In this document: piece after piece, positions 11,892-22,410 of the stretch
Numbering within the stretch: position 1 is the first letter of the stretch
Layout: every line of letters begins with the position of its first letter
Assembly: GCF_028641065.1 (NCBI RefSeq)
Contig: NC_073387.1
Coordinates: forward strand, 17,112,001 to 17,176,000
From: Leucoraja erinacea
Lineage: Eukaryota
Reading direction: 5' to 3'
DNA length: 64,000 nucleotides
Translations under genes and position numbers: made by a program
Notes under the pieces: model-generated
What the model saw: only the letters and a program-made list of their open reading frames with translations
Told to the model about the DNA's origin: nothing
Database searches by the model: none

Positions 11892-12250
11892 ATCTGAAGA
11901 AGGGTCCCAACTCGAAAGGTCACCTGTATATTTTCTCCAGAGATGCTGCCTGACCGGCTGAGTTACTCCAACACTTTCTGTCAATCTTTGGGATGAATGC
12001 TTATTCACTGACAGTACAGTCCGAAAATTCAGTCCAAGAAACATACTAATTTCTTAGATGTAGAGACAAGGAACTGCACACAATGTGCTGGAGTAACTCA
12101 GTAGATCAGACAGCATCCTAGCAGAACATGGAGAGGTGATGTTTCAGATTGGGACCCTTCTTCAGAATGATCAGTCTGAAGAAAGTTCCTGACCCGAACT
12201 GTTACCAATCCATGTTCTGCACAGATGCTGACTGACTTGCACTTTGTGCC
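11892..12250. mobile_element. Cluster of Penelope-like terminal repeats with hammerhead-like cores
   Basis: CTGAAGAAGGGTCCCAACTCGAAAGGTCACC at about 11894; back-to-back cores TTTCAGATTGGGACCCTTCTTCAG and CTGAAGAAAGTTCCTGACCCGAAC at about 12142-12200. Confidence 0.65.
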
Positions 12251-13639
12251 TTCATTTCTTAGATACTGGATGATAACTTTACATTTTGTGCCTTTCATGG
12301 TTTTCTCTCCATTGCATTACATTATCCCATTTGGACAAAGGAGAAATAAGATGATTCCATCCAGATCAACCTCCAATGTTTCAGAGAAAGCAATCCAAGA
12401 CTATCCAACCTCTCCCTGTAGCTGAAACCCTCTAATCCAGGCAACATTCTGGTAAACCTCCTCATCACACTCTCCAAAGTTTCCACATCTGACATTTCTA
12501 TTTGTTCTTACACTGAAGAGGCCAATAAGAGTCAACCAGAGTAGTGGATATTCTAGACTAAACTAGATGAAAATAGGCAGACACAAGATTCTGCAGATGC
12601 TGGAATCCTGAACAAAAAACAAAGTGCTGGAGGAACACAGGGTCGTGCAGCATCGAGAAGGGGTCTGGTGTCCGTTATTGCCGCTTGTCCGCTATAGTCA
12701 AGGAAGGGATTACTGAGTATTAGAGTATTATTGTATGTGTTAGAACAAAGAACTGCAGTTGCTGATTAATACAGAAAAGGGCACAACATTTTGAAGTAAC
12801 TCAGCAGGCCAGATAACGTCTCAGGAGAACATGGATAGATGCCATTTCGGGCTGAGACCCTAGTTCCGACTCTGGGTGTGGAACTGGGCCAGGAGTCAGG
12901 GTGAGTTGTCGGTCCTGGCCTGCTGGTGGCAGTGGAAGAGGCAAGAATTGGCGGAGTCAATGGTCATGGCCCACGGGTGGTCGGAGTGCAGGTAAGCTTC
13001 AGTGGTATTGGCGGCAGGTATGGTGGTTGCTGAGGAAGCTGTGTGGGCCAGCGGTGGTTGCAGTAGCTCCAGCCTGGAAGCGGCCAGGGGTGACATCTGC
13101 AGTGCCGCCTGGTGGTGGAGGTCAGTAGGGTCAGTAGGGCCGTCCGCTATAACCAAAATCCATTTTAAAGAGGTCTGTAATAATGAGCATTTACTGCTGT
13201 TTTATCAATTGATTTGTCAGCATTCCTGAAACTAGTTTTTTTTAAAAAATGATCTCAAATTAATTACGTGCATGACTTTAATTTCCCCAGCTACTGTTGT
13301 CATATAAGCATTATGCTGTTATGGCTTTACTAACTTGGCTCTGAGATGCAGCGTTTATCCTCTGGAGATGTTGAATAGCTTTTGTGATTACTCAGTGGGC
13401 TTTGGAAGAAGAAAATGTGATCTTATAGCAATGGTCAGTGCCCTGAGTAGATTTTATGGGTTGGTGCTGAGGGACATTTCCCCTTTGCTGCTTTCTTCTG
13501 CACTTTTGGAATAATCTAGAGATAAATGTTTGTCCCATGGAAAAAAAATATATTTACACTAAGGGTCATAAACCTCTGGAATTATTTTCTTCATATGGAT
13601 AAGGATGCTCCAGCAAATCAAACTATATACAGTACATTA

Positions 13640-14035
13640 TTTTAGGACGGAGATGAGAAGAAATTTCTTTAGTCAGACTATGGAGAATCTGTGGAATTCT
13701 TTGCCACAGAACGCTGTCGAGGCCTAGTCAGTAGATATTTTTAAAGGCAGAGATAGATAGAGTCTTGAATAATACAGGTGTCAGAGGTTTCTATCAAGGG
13801 ATATGGGAAGAAGGCACTGGTTATTGATTGGGGACGATCAGCCATGATCACAATGAATGGCAGTGCTGGCTTGAAGGGCCGAATGGCCTCCTCCTGCACC
13901 TATTTCCTATGTTTCTATGTTTCTATTTTATGGGGGTGAAGGCAGGATAATGAGGTTAGGAGAGAGAGATAGATCAGCCATGAATGAATGGTGGAGTGAT
14001 GGGCTAATTGGCCTAATTCTACTCCTATTCCTTAT
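13640..14035 (+). mobile_element. CR1 3' fragment with a second short CR1 tail nested inside
   Basis: FRTEMRRNFF..LWNSLP 3' region interrupted at about 13795-13927 by a (GTTTCTAT)n-tailed CR1 end. Confidence 0.75.
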
Positions 14036-14259
14036 AATGATACCCAATTTTTGTAGAAGAGAAATAAAGTGAAATTAACAATTTTACTTCCTTCGCAAAA
14101 AATAGCCTCTCATCTCATACAGATTAAGAAATAATTTTATCATGTTTACATATAGTGAATGTTAATTAATTGAATAGAAAACCTCCAAAACTTTTCAAAA
14201 AATAAAGATTACTGTCCAATGTATATACTCTCCACAATATTTGGCTCTACAATTTTAAG

Positions 14260-14482
14260 TTAGTTTAGTATAGCTTAGTTTAGAGATAGTGTAGAAATAG
14301 GCCCTTCAGCCCATCGAGTTGCCACTGACCAGCGATCTCTGTGCACTAATATTATCCTACACACACTGAGGACAATTTACAATTTTACCGAAGCCAATTG
14401 ACCTACAAGCCTGTACGCTTTTGGAGTGTGGGTGGAAACCGGAGCATTCGGAGAAAACCCATGCAGGTCACGTTGAGAATGG
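14260..14482 (-). mobile_element. HE1-type SINE lacking its head
   Basis: Tail and V-domain on the minus strand. Confidence 0.75.
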
Positions 14483-14598
14483 GAAGGGAGAAAAAAGAGG
14501 ACTTCATCTTCTGACACAAACTTTCCCAGTGCTTTATACTGCCCACAGAAGCGAATTTACTCAAGCTACTCTGTTTTAGAGAAGTGCGAGATGTAAAC

Positions 14599-14816
14599 TG
14601 TAAAGGAGCCAAGTCTGACACACTGTGACCTTCACTGAGTCTTTTATTAAAGCACATGTCACACACGTCCCAGCACTGACTGCATCTAGTCTTCAGGCGG
14701 ACTGGAACCAAAAGGGAGGAACAAGGGGAGGATATCACAGTTATACTGATATGGCTGGGCGTGGTTAGTGGTATTGAGGTAGCTACATTATAGGTTGCAT
14801 GCATAAACCATCTACA
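14599..14816 (-). repeat. 3' LTR of Gypsy element 1
   Basis: Direct repeat of 19203-19420 with 5 substitutions by my count. Confidence 0.95.
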
Positions 14817-14829
14817 TCCTTTCCCTTAG
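14817..14829 (-). other. Polypurine tract
   Basis: Minus strand reads (T)AAGGGAAAGGA immediately before the 3' LTR. Confidence 0.8.
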
Positions 14830-14884
14830 AAATTTAAAAGAGAAGTCATAACAGTGGCAGGGTGGTTATACATCACCTGCAAAT

Positions 14885-17800
14885 CTAAACGAAATCACCG
14901 TAACGGACAGGAGGTTTGACAATCCGACCCGAGCGAGTGCGCATGGCACCATCACCCTCCCCACCCGAAAGAAGAGGAGGAGGAGCAGGCACAGCCGGGA
15001 AGGAGAAAGCCGGTGGAGACTCAGCCGGGAATGCGGAAGGAGACCCGACCGGCAGAGGCGAGCCAGGGGAAGGAAACGGCGAGGAAGGAGTAGACGTCGG
15101 GGGAGAAAGAGGAGAGCGGGCAGGGGAGGAGCGGGCAGGGGAGGAGAACCCCGGAAGAGCAGAGGGAGGAGACTGCGGCAAGCGGACTGACTGGGGCATG
15201 CAGCGAGCTGAGGGGTAGTTGGTAGTGGGGGGCTCGAAACGCAGCGGAGGAGCATATGGGGCCGCAGGAGGAGGCTGAGGCTCATTGACAGCCAGCAAGT
15301 GCTGGCGACTACGGCGGTAGATAGTTCCTTCAAAGTCCACCAAGTAGGATCTAGGTGAATTGTCCACCCCAACCACGGTTGCGAGTCTGGAGAATCCGGT
15401 GGCTGTCTGCATGCGGACGACCTGGCCAGGCAGTAGTGGTGAGCGAGGGCGGCAGGACTTGCCGTGAGAGCGGTGCTGTACTTCATGCCTTTGAGCAATC
15501 CGTTGCTGGACAGCAGCAGGCTGAAGGACCTTGGGCACTAGGGATTGCTGGGCGATCGGCATCAGTGGGCGAAGAACGCGGGACATCAGACGTTGGGCAG
15601 GGGATCGCATGGTAGTGTCCCTGGAAATGTTACGAAGATTTAACAGACCCTGGTAGAAGTCACCATTGGAGAGACGTGACTGCTCGAGCAAATTCTTGGC
15701 ATTGCGGACAGCACGTTCAGCCAGGCCATTGCTCTGCGGGTATTCAGGGCTGCTGGTGTAGTGAGTGAAGTTCCACTTCACAGCGAAAGCTTTAAATTCT
15801 GCACTGGTGAATTGACGGCCGTTGACGGTCTGCAAGCGGACAGGGGACCCAAAAGTGGCGAAGTGTCGGCGCAGCTTACTGATGACTATTTCAGAGGTGA
15901 TAGCAGGGAGAAGGTCTACTTTGAACCAGTTCGAGTAGGAATCGACCAACACTAGGTATTGTTTGCCACGCCATTCAAATATGTCCGCAGCCAGCGATGA
16001 CCAGGGCATAGCAGGGGCAGGCTGCTGCAGAAGCGGCTGGCGCTGCTGATGTGGGGCAAGAGCGTTGCAATCAGGACAGGAGGCTACTCGGGCCTTAATG
16101 TACTTTGCCACGCTGGGCCAATAGTATTGTTCTTGGGCATGTGAGACAGTGGCATCGGCTCCGGGATGCCCCATGTGGGCAGCGGTGAAGTACGAGTCGT
16201 ACAGGGAGGCAGGGACGACCACCTTGTGACCCTTGATGATGAACCCGTCCCGGAACACCAGTTCACCATGGACCAGAAAGAAAGGGTGCACACCAGCAGG
16301 CAACGATGTCCGTTTGCTTGGCCAACCGCACTGGATGACAGCTGCGAGCTGTTGCAGGTCAGGGTCGATTGCGGTGTGCTCAACCAGGCACTGCAGCTGC
16401 TTAGAGGGAACAAAGTTGACATTGAGTACCTGCAGATCCTCCTGTTCATAGGGATGTCTGTCGAAGGAGGACCGGGGGGCTCTGGACAGCGCGTCAGCCA
16501 CATTCATCTCAGTGCCCCTCTTGTAAACGATCTGAAAGTCGAACCGCTGGAGCTGTAGCATCATTCGCTGTAGTCTGGCTGGAGCGATGTGGATGGGTTT
16601 GTTGAGGATCGTCACCAAGGGTTGATGATCTGTCTCGACGGTGAACCTGGTACTGAAAAGGAAGTCCTTGAACTTGGGGCAGGCGAACACAACCGCCAGA
16701 AGATCCTTCTCTATTTGTGCATAGCGCTGCTCGGTGTCCGTCATGGTTCACGAGGCATAGGAAATGGGCTGCAGCGAGCCATCATCATAGAGCTGCAGGC
16801 AGGCAGCACCTAGTCCAAAACGGGAAGCGTCGCACGTAACCACAATTGGACGCTGCAGATCGAAGAACTTGAGAGTCGGCGTGCTGATCAGCTTCGTTTT
16901 GAGGAAGTCGAAAGCCTGCTGGTGTTGGGGAAACCAGGACCAGGCAATGTCTTTTTTCGTCAGTTGCCTCAGGAACGCGCTCAACTCGCTGAGGTCTGGG
17001 ATAAACTTCCCCAAATAGTTGACCATGCCCACGAAAAGCTGCAGGCTGGTAACATCTGTCAGGGCAGGCAGCTCAGAAATAGCGTTTGTCTTTTGCGGAT
17101 CAGGTTTCAGCCCGTGGGCCGTGAAAATGTGGCCAACATAGGGTACCTCAGCTACACGGAACCTGCATTTGGACGGGTTAAGCTTTAAGTTGATCTGGCG
17201 AGCGCGGTCTAGAATACGTCAGAGGTGACGATCATGCTCAGCAGCATCTCTCCCATAAACAAGAATGTCATCCACAATAATGGCACACGGCAGACCAGCA
17301 AACAGTTGCTCCATGGAGCACTGAAACACTTCGCTAGCAGAGTTGATGCCGAACGGCATCCGCAAAAATTTGAATCTTCCGAAGGGTGTGCCAAAAGTGG
17401 TTAAGTCTGAGGAGCATTTGTCTAGAGGTATTGGCCAGAACGAGCTCCTGGCATCGAGGACGGAAAACACCGTGGCCTGACCGACATGGGCAGCAACATC
17501 TTCTACAGTCCTCTTAGGGTAGTGGGGACATTTTATTGCCAGATTCAAATCCTTGGGGTTGATGCACACCCGTATTTAGTTCTTACCCTTCTTCATGGTG
17601 GCGACCATGGTGGAGACCCACTCGGTGGGATCGCTGACGGCTTCCAGCACTCCCATGTCAACCATGTTTTTCAGCATGGCTTCGACCTTGCCCTTCATGG
17701 CAAACGACACCCTGTGTGGGGCACGGATCACAGGCACTACCGATGGGTCAGTTGCGATCTTATACAAGTGGCAGTTTCCCCAACTTATCATCGAAGAGGT

Positions 17801-18300
17801 CAGGGTACTCGGAGAGCGGATTCAGCATCACCCGCAGTTCGTCGACCGTACGGTCGAAAGACACCAAACCAAGATCCTGACAGGCTTGATTGCTCAATAG
17901 AGTCACACAGTCACAGTCCAGAATAAAAAACGACAGGTCACGGGATGATTTCTGCAGCACACAATGGAAGGTGGCCCTCCCCACAGGTGTTAGCTCCTCT
18001 CCCCCATAAGCATGCAATATAGAGCGATCAGCAGTCAACAGCTCATTATTTCTTATCTGTTTGAATAGGGATGTTGACATAACATTCACCTTCGCCCCCG
18101 TGTCGAGCTTCGCGGAGAAGGACTTGTTGTTAACAGTAATGAGCACAGAAGGATCGGGGAGGTGAGATCGGCTATGAAGGAGAGTGTAAACACTGGTATC
18201 TCCCATGGAAATACTGGGCTCAGAGTCGGGGGCAGTGTCGACAGAAGACTGGGAATCGAGTTAATTATCAACTTGCTGAAGGTCGTTTAAGAATTGTCTA
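14885..18300 (-). pseudogene. pol: Gypsy pol (protease, RT, RNase H, integrase), frameshifted
   Basis: AKLDTGAKVNV (PR); FKFLRMPFGI and IIVDDILV (RT); VTCDAS, YAQIEKDLLA and VETDHQPL (RH); HMGHPG..CPDC, LAADIFEW and PQSNGLAER (IN); split over ORFs 17760-18206, 17576-17791, 17219-17569, 16748-17032 and 14885-16744. Confidence 0.93.
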
Positions 18301-18309
18301 GGAGGTGGG

Positions 18310-19117
18310 GGAACGTTCCCACGGGAGCGACAGGCAGCTGCAAAGTGGTTCATCTTCCTACAGAAATGACAAGCTTTGCAAATGCTGGGCACTGTGACTG
18401 CATGGAGTGGACATAATTGCAGTTGGGGCACTTCTTGGCAAGCGGGACCCGAGGTGCATGAATGGGCCGCGGCGTAGGACGAAAGTTGTCTTGCTTGCGA
18501 CGGGGCATAGCAACGCCAGTCAGATTAATAGCCCGATTGTCAGATCCCCTCTGCCCATGTGGCGGGGCAACTACTTCAGCAATATGGCATGCATGCATTG
18601 CCTGAGTCAGGGTGAGGTCTGGTCTTTGCAGTAGATCAGCACGTAGCTTCTGATCGAGCATGCCGGTGACAAGGATATCTCTGGTGAGCTGATCACGCAT
18701 GGTCTCAAAACGGCACCGCTGAGCAAGGTAGCGCAGGTCAGTGATAAAACATTCAACAGGCTCATCAGGCTGCTGCTTCCGTGTAAAAATTCTAGCCCGC
18801 TCCAATATGCGGTTAGAGGGCAAGTCACAAATCTCCGCAAACTTGCGTAAGAGACATACCGGGCCATTGGCAGATTCCGCCGGCTCGACGACCTGGTCGT
18901 TGTCATCCAGGACCGCTGGATTATAGATGAAAGCCTGAGCTCGTTTCATAGCGTCGGGACCGACAAGGTTCAGCAGGAGCGAGGCTTTGACCGCATCTGT
19001 GTCATTTCGGTGCACGATGTTGACGAAGTGGTTGTAGTCCATCACGAAAGTAGCCCAGCGTTCCACAATGTCAGCGTCAAAGACAAGGGGAGAGGGCTTT
19101 CAGCATGAGGATGCCAT
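18310..19117 (-). pseudogene. gag: Gypsy gag with premature stop and frameshift
   Basis: ATG at 19117 then MASSC* (TGA), in frame with ORF 18350-19066 (RKQQPDEPVECFITDLR..CRF..RD); zinc-knuckle region CPNC..CPAF..C.KMNHF...C broken by a frameshift. Confidence 0.85.
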
Positions 19118-19190
19118 AATGAATGGGGAATTAAACACTAGTTACACTAGGGACAAATAAAACCCGATAAACAGGAGGCGCACGTTTAAC

Positions 19191-19202
19191 TTGCTGACAC
19201 CA
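19191..19202 (-). other. Primer-binding site (tRNA-Leu-like)
   Basis: Minus strand TGGTGTCAG directly after the 5' LTR; complementary to a tRNA-Leu 3' end (..CUGACACCA). Confidence 0.7.
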
Positions 19203-19420
19203 TGTAAAGGAGCCAAGTCTGACACACTGTGACCTTTACTGAGTCTTTTATTAAAGCACATGTCACACACGTCCCAGCACTGACTGCATCTAGTCTTCAG
19301 GTGTACTGGAACCAAAAGGGAGGAACAAGGGGAGGATATCACAGTTATACTGATATGGCTGGGCGTGGTTAGTGGTGTTGAGGTAGCTACATTATAGGTT
19401 GCATCCATAAACCATCTACA
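19203..19420 (-). repeat. 5' LTR of Gypsy element 1
   Basis: See 3' LTR; AATAAA on the minus strand (TTTATT on +). Confidence 0.95.
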
Positions 19421-19574
19421 TAAACATTCAACCAACACTACAAAGGCAAGCCCAGAAAGCTATTGTCCTTGTGACTGCGGTGAAGAACTTCATTGGAACT
19501 AATGTGTGATTTGCGTATTTGAAAACTTTGACGATTTCTGTAAATGAGGTTTATTAGTTTAGTTTGGCTTAGCT

Positions 19575-19867
19575 TAGGTTAGTTTATTGTCACGTGTACT
19601 GAGGCACAATCAAATGCTTTTGATGTGTGCTATCCAGTCAGAGGAAAAACTATACATGATTATAATCAAATTATACATGATTATAATCGTACAGATACAG
19701 GATAGAGGGAATAACGTATATCGCAAGATAAAGTCCAGTAAAGTCCAATTAAAGAGAGTCTGAGGGTCTCCAATGAGGTAAATAGTAGCTCAAGATTGCT
19801 TTCTAATTGTAGATAGGATCGTTCAGTTGTCTGATGACAGCTGGGAAAAAACTGTCCCTGAATCTGA
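19575..19867 (-). mobile_element. Rex1-type 3' UTR/tail fragment
   Basis: GTTTATTGTCACGTGTAC (tail GTGACAATAAAC on -) and CAGCTGGGAAAAAACTGTCCCTGAATCTG. Confidence 0.55.
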
Positions 19868-20377
19868 ATAAAATAATTCCAAAAGGCAGTAATGCAACCT
19901 TGAATTTTTTGCTTTTTCTTCGAGAAAACACGTGAATTTGCTTGATATTTAGATAAAGGCTGAGACAGTAATCTGCATAAATGCAATTAAACTAAAGAAA
20001 AAAATTGAGAAAGGAAAGGAACACAAAAGATGAACTTATTGGAAATCACAAAGTCTATTCAATAGCCTCCTGTAAATTCAGAATGTAAATTCCTAAAGTG
20101 CTTCAATTATATTTGTGCAAAAAAAAAAATCCAATCGGATGGCTTTTTGAAAACTGAAGATAGAAAACCATTGTGCCCTGTAGAATTGGCGTGCACTTCT
20201 CTACATATAAATTAACTTAGTTGTATTATCTCTGTTGCCAAGGTCTTCATTTAGTCCCAGTCTCTTGTGCATATTTGACAGAATGACTACATTGCAGATA
20301 ATCCATCATCTAGCTCTTAAACTATTAATTGAATGCATTTTATATTAGAGAATGCAGTACATTAGCAACATGATATT

Positions 20378-20457
20378 GTGTGTGTGAATGCGTAAGTATT
20401 TGTGTGTGTGAATGTGTGCGTGTGTGAATGTGAATGTGTGTGTGCATGTGTGTGTGT
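20378..20457. repeat. (TG)n microsatellite, imperfect
   Basis: Direct reading. Confidence 0.9.
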
Positions 20458-20459
20458 CC

Positions 20460-20736
20460 TTTCAATCCATCGAGTCCACACCATTCATCAATCACTCGTT
20501 CACATTGGTTCTATGTTATCTCACTTTTGCATCCGCCGCCTACACACAATCTGGCAATTTACAGATACCAGTTAACCTACAATCCCACACTTCTTTGGGA
20601 TGTGGAAGGAAACTGGAGCACTCGGAGGAAACCCATGCGGTCACATTGAGAATGTGCAAACTCCACACTAACTGTACCCAAAGACAGGATCAAACCCGAG
20701 TCTCTGGCACTGTGAGGTAGCAGCTCTACCAGCTGT
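20460..20736 (-). mobile_element. HE1-type SINE
   Basis: GGAAACTGGAGCACTCGGAGGAAACCCATGCGGTCAC..GAATGTGCAAACTCCACAC is the V-domain reverse complement. Confidence 0.8.
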
Positions 20737-20798
20737 GACATTTTGCCAAACCCTTATGCCATTGTGCCACCCCCAATTGCTGTGTCTTTCAACAAATA

Positions 20799-20911
20799 GA
20801 CATACACATACACGTATGTACAAATACACACATGCACAAACACACAGACACACACACACAAGCACATACACACACACATATACACAACCATTCACACACA
20901 CACAAACACAC
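20799..20911. repeat. (CA)n microsatellite, imperfect
   Basis: Direct reading. Confidence 0.9.
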
Positions 20912-21554
20912 AATATCATATTATAATCATAATCATACTTTATTAGCCAAGTATGTTTTGCAACATATGAGGAATTTGCTAATGCATTTCATTTTATAAT
21001 TAAAAAAGCACTCAATTTATTTCATGGAAATAAATCTTTGCAAATGGAATTTTCATCTATTAATAATTCATTTTCAATTTTTGTATTGCTTCGTATACAT
21101 GGCGGAAGGCTGCAAAGTTGACAGGAAAGTAAAAACATTAGTTTAGAGATTGAATCAGTGGGACTGATTGCGAGCCACATTACATTTGTTGGGAGAAAAT
21201 GTTTCCTTTTCTTTCATATGTAAGAATGGAATATGGAAAAACATGCCCTTGCTGCATGTTTGATTAAATCATCAATTTCCTTATGATTGTGTTGTTTGTT
21301 TGTGCTCCTCCATTCTTACAGGTATCAATCTGCAATGGGCTCCATGAGAAAGCCATGTAATGAGGCCACAATTAATTAGATCTTGGCTTTAATTCTTATC
21401 TGTTCCCCATAATCCTTAACTACCTTATGGATTTACATAGAATACAGTCAATGACAGCCTCCAAGGCACAATGGAGAAGATACTACCACAGATTTACAAC
21501 CCATTGAGAAAATAAATTCTTTCTCATTTCCATATCAAGTGAGTGGCTCTTTAT

Positions 21555-21835
21555 TTAGTTTAATTCAGAGATACAGCATGAAAACAGGTCCATGCCGACC
21601 ATCGATCACCCGTTCACACCAGCTTTATGTATTCCCACTTTCAAATCCATTCCCTGCACACTAGGGGAAAATTTACAGACCAATTAACCCACATACCCGC
21701 AACTCTTTGGTAGGTGGGAGGAAACTGGAGTACCCTGGAAGAAACCCACGTGGCCACAGGGAGAAGGTGCAAACTCCACAGAGACAGCACCCGAGTTCAG
21801 GGTCGAACCTTTGTCTCCGGGGCTGTGAGGCAGTG
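21555..21835 (-). mobile_element. HE1-type SINE
   Basis: Tail, V-domain and B box on the minus strand. Confidence 0.8.
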
Positions 21836-22139
21836 TCTCTCTCACAATGTCCCTGAGTTTTTACATTCCCCGCAAGTTGAAACATGCTCCAATATATGCT
21901 TGTCAAGGTACTTCAGAGATTTCTAAGTTGCAATATGCTCACCTTTATTTTACTTCAGAGTCCCGTGAGTGACTATGTGAAGAGCCCGCCATCCCGCATG
22001 CGCGTCATATCATCTATCGCATTGCACAACGACTGGCTGGAGGCGCGCTGCGCAACCAGTGGTAAGTTTCAAACCTGAGGGTAAGTTTTCAACATTTCCA
22101 TGTCCGTTTTTCATTGTAGGAAGCTCTTTATAGAGTTCC

Positions 22140-22410
22140 TGCTGGGGACGTTCCGGGGTCGAAATCCCAGCTCCGCAGGGAAACTCGGCTTGGGGAAACT
22201 CGACTACGGACATCGTGGGGAATCCCGTCTGCAGGGACCACGGGGGAACCCTGGCTGTGGAAACCATGGGGAAACTCGGCTCAGGGAAGCCCGGCTGCGG
22301 GGACTGCATGAAGCCACAAAATCGCGGGAAAACCCAGCTACGGGGACAGTGGAAAACCGTGGGGAACCCGGCTTGGAGGATCCCCAGCTATGGGGACCGT
22401 GGGAAGACAT
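22140..22410 (+). repeat. Degenerate GC-rich tandem repeats (GGGAAACCCGGCT-like) in the DIRS 5' region
   Basis: Recurrent GGGGAAAC(T/C)CGGCT and CCGTGGGGAA units. Confidence 0.65.

Larger units (their letters stand above)
14599..19420 (-). mobile_element. Ty3/Gypsy LTR retrotransposon, structurally complete, coding region decayed
   Basis: 218-bp TG..CA LTRs at 14599-14816 and 19203-19420; 5-bp TSD TAAAC (14594-14598 and 19421-19425); PBS and PPT present; gag-PR-RT-RH-IN order. Confidence 0.97.

Noticed and set aside
14403-14804. Near-identical ORFs at 14403-14804 and 19142-19438 suggesting a duplicated gene
   Set aside because: Both are read-throughs of the two LTR copies.
14866-16813. Overlapping and antisense ORFs of 100-210 aa in the Gypsy integrase region
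   Set aside because: Expected by chance in GC-rich pol sequence; no independent motifs and no env-like features.
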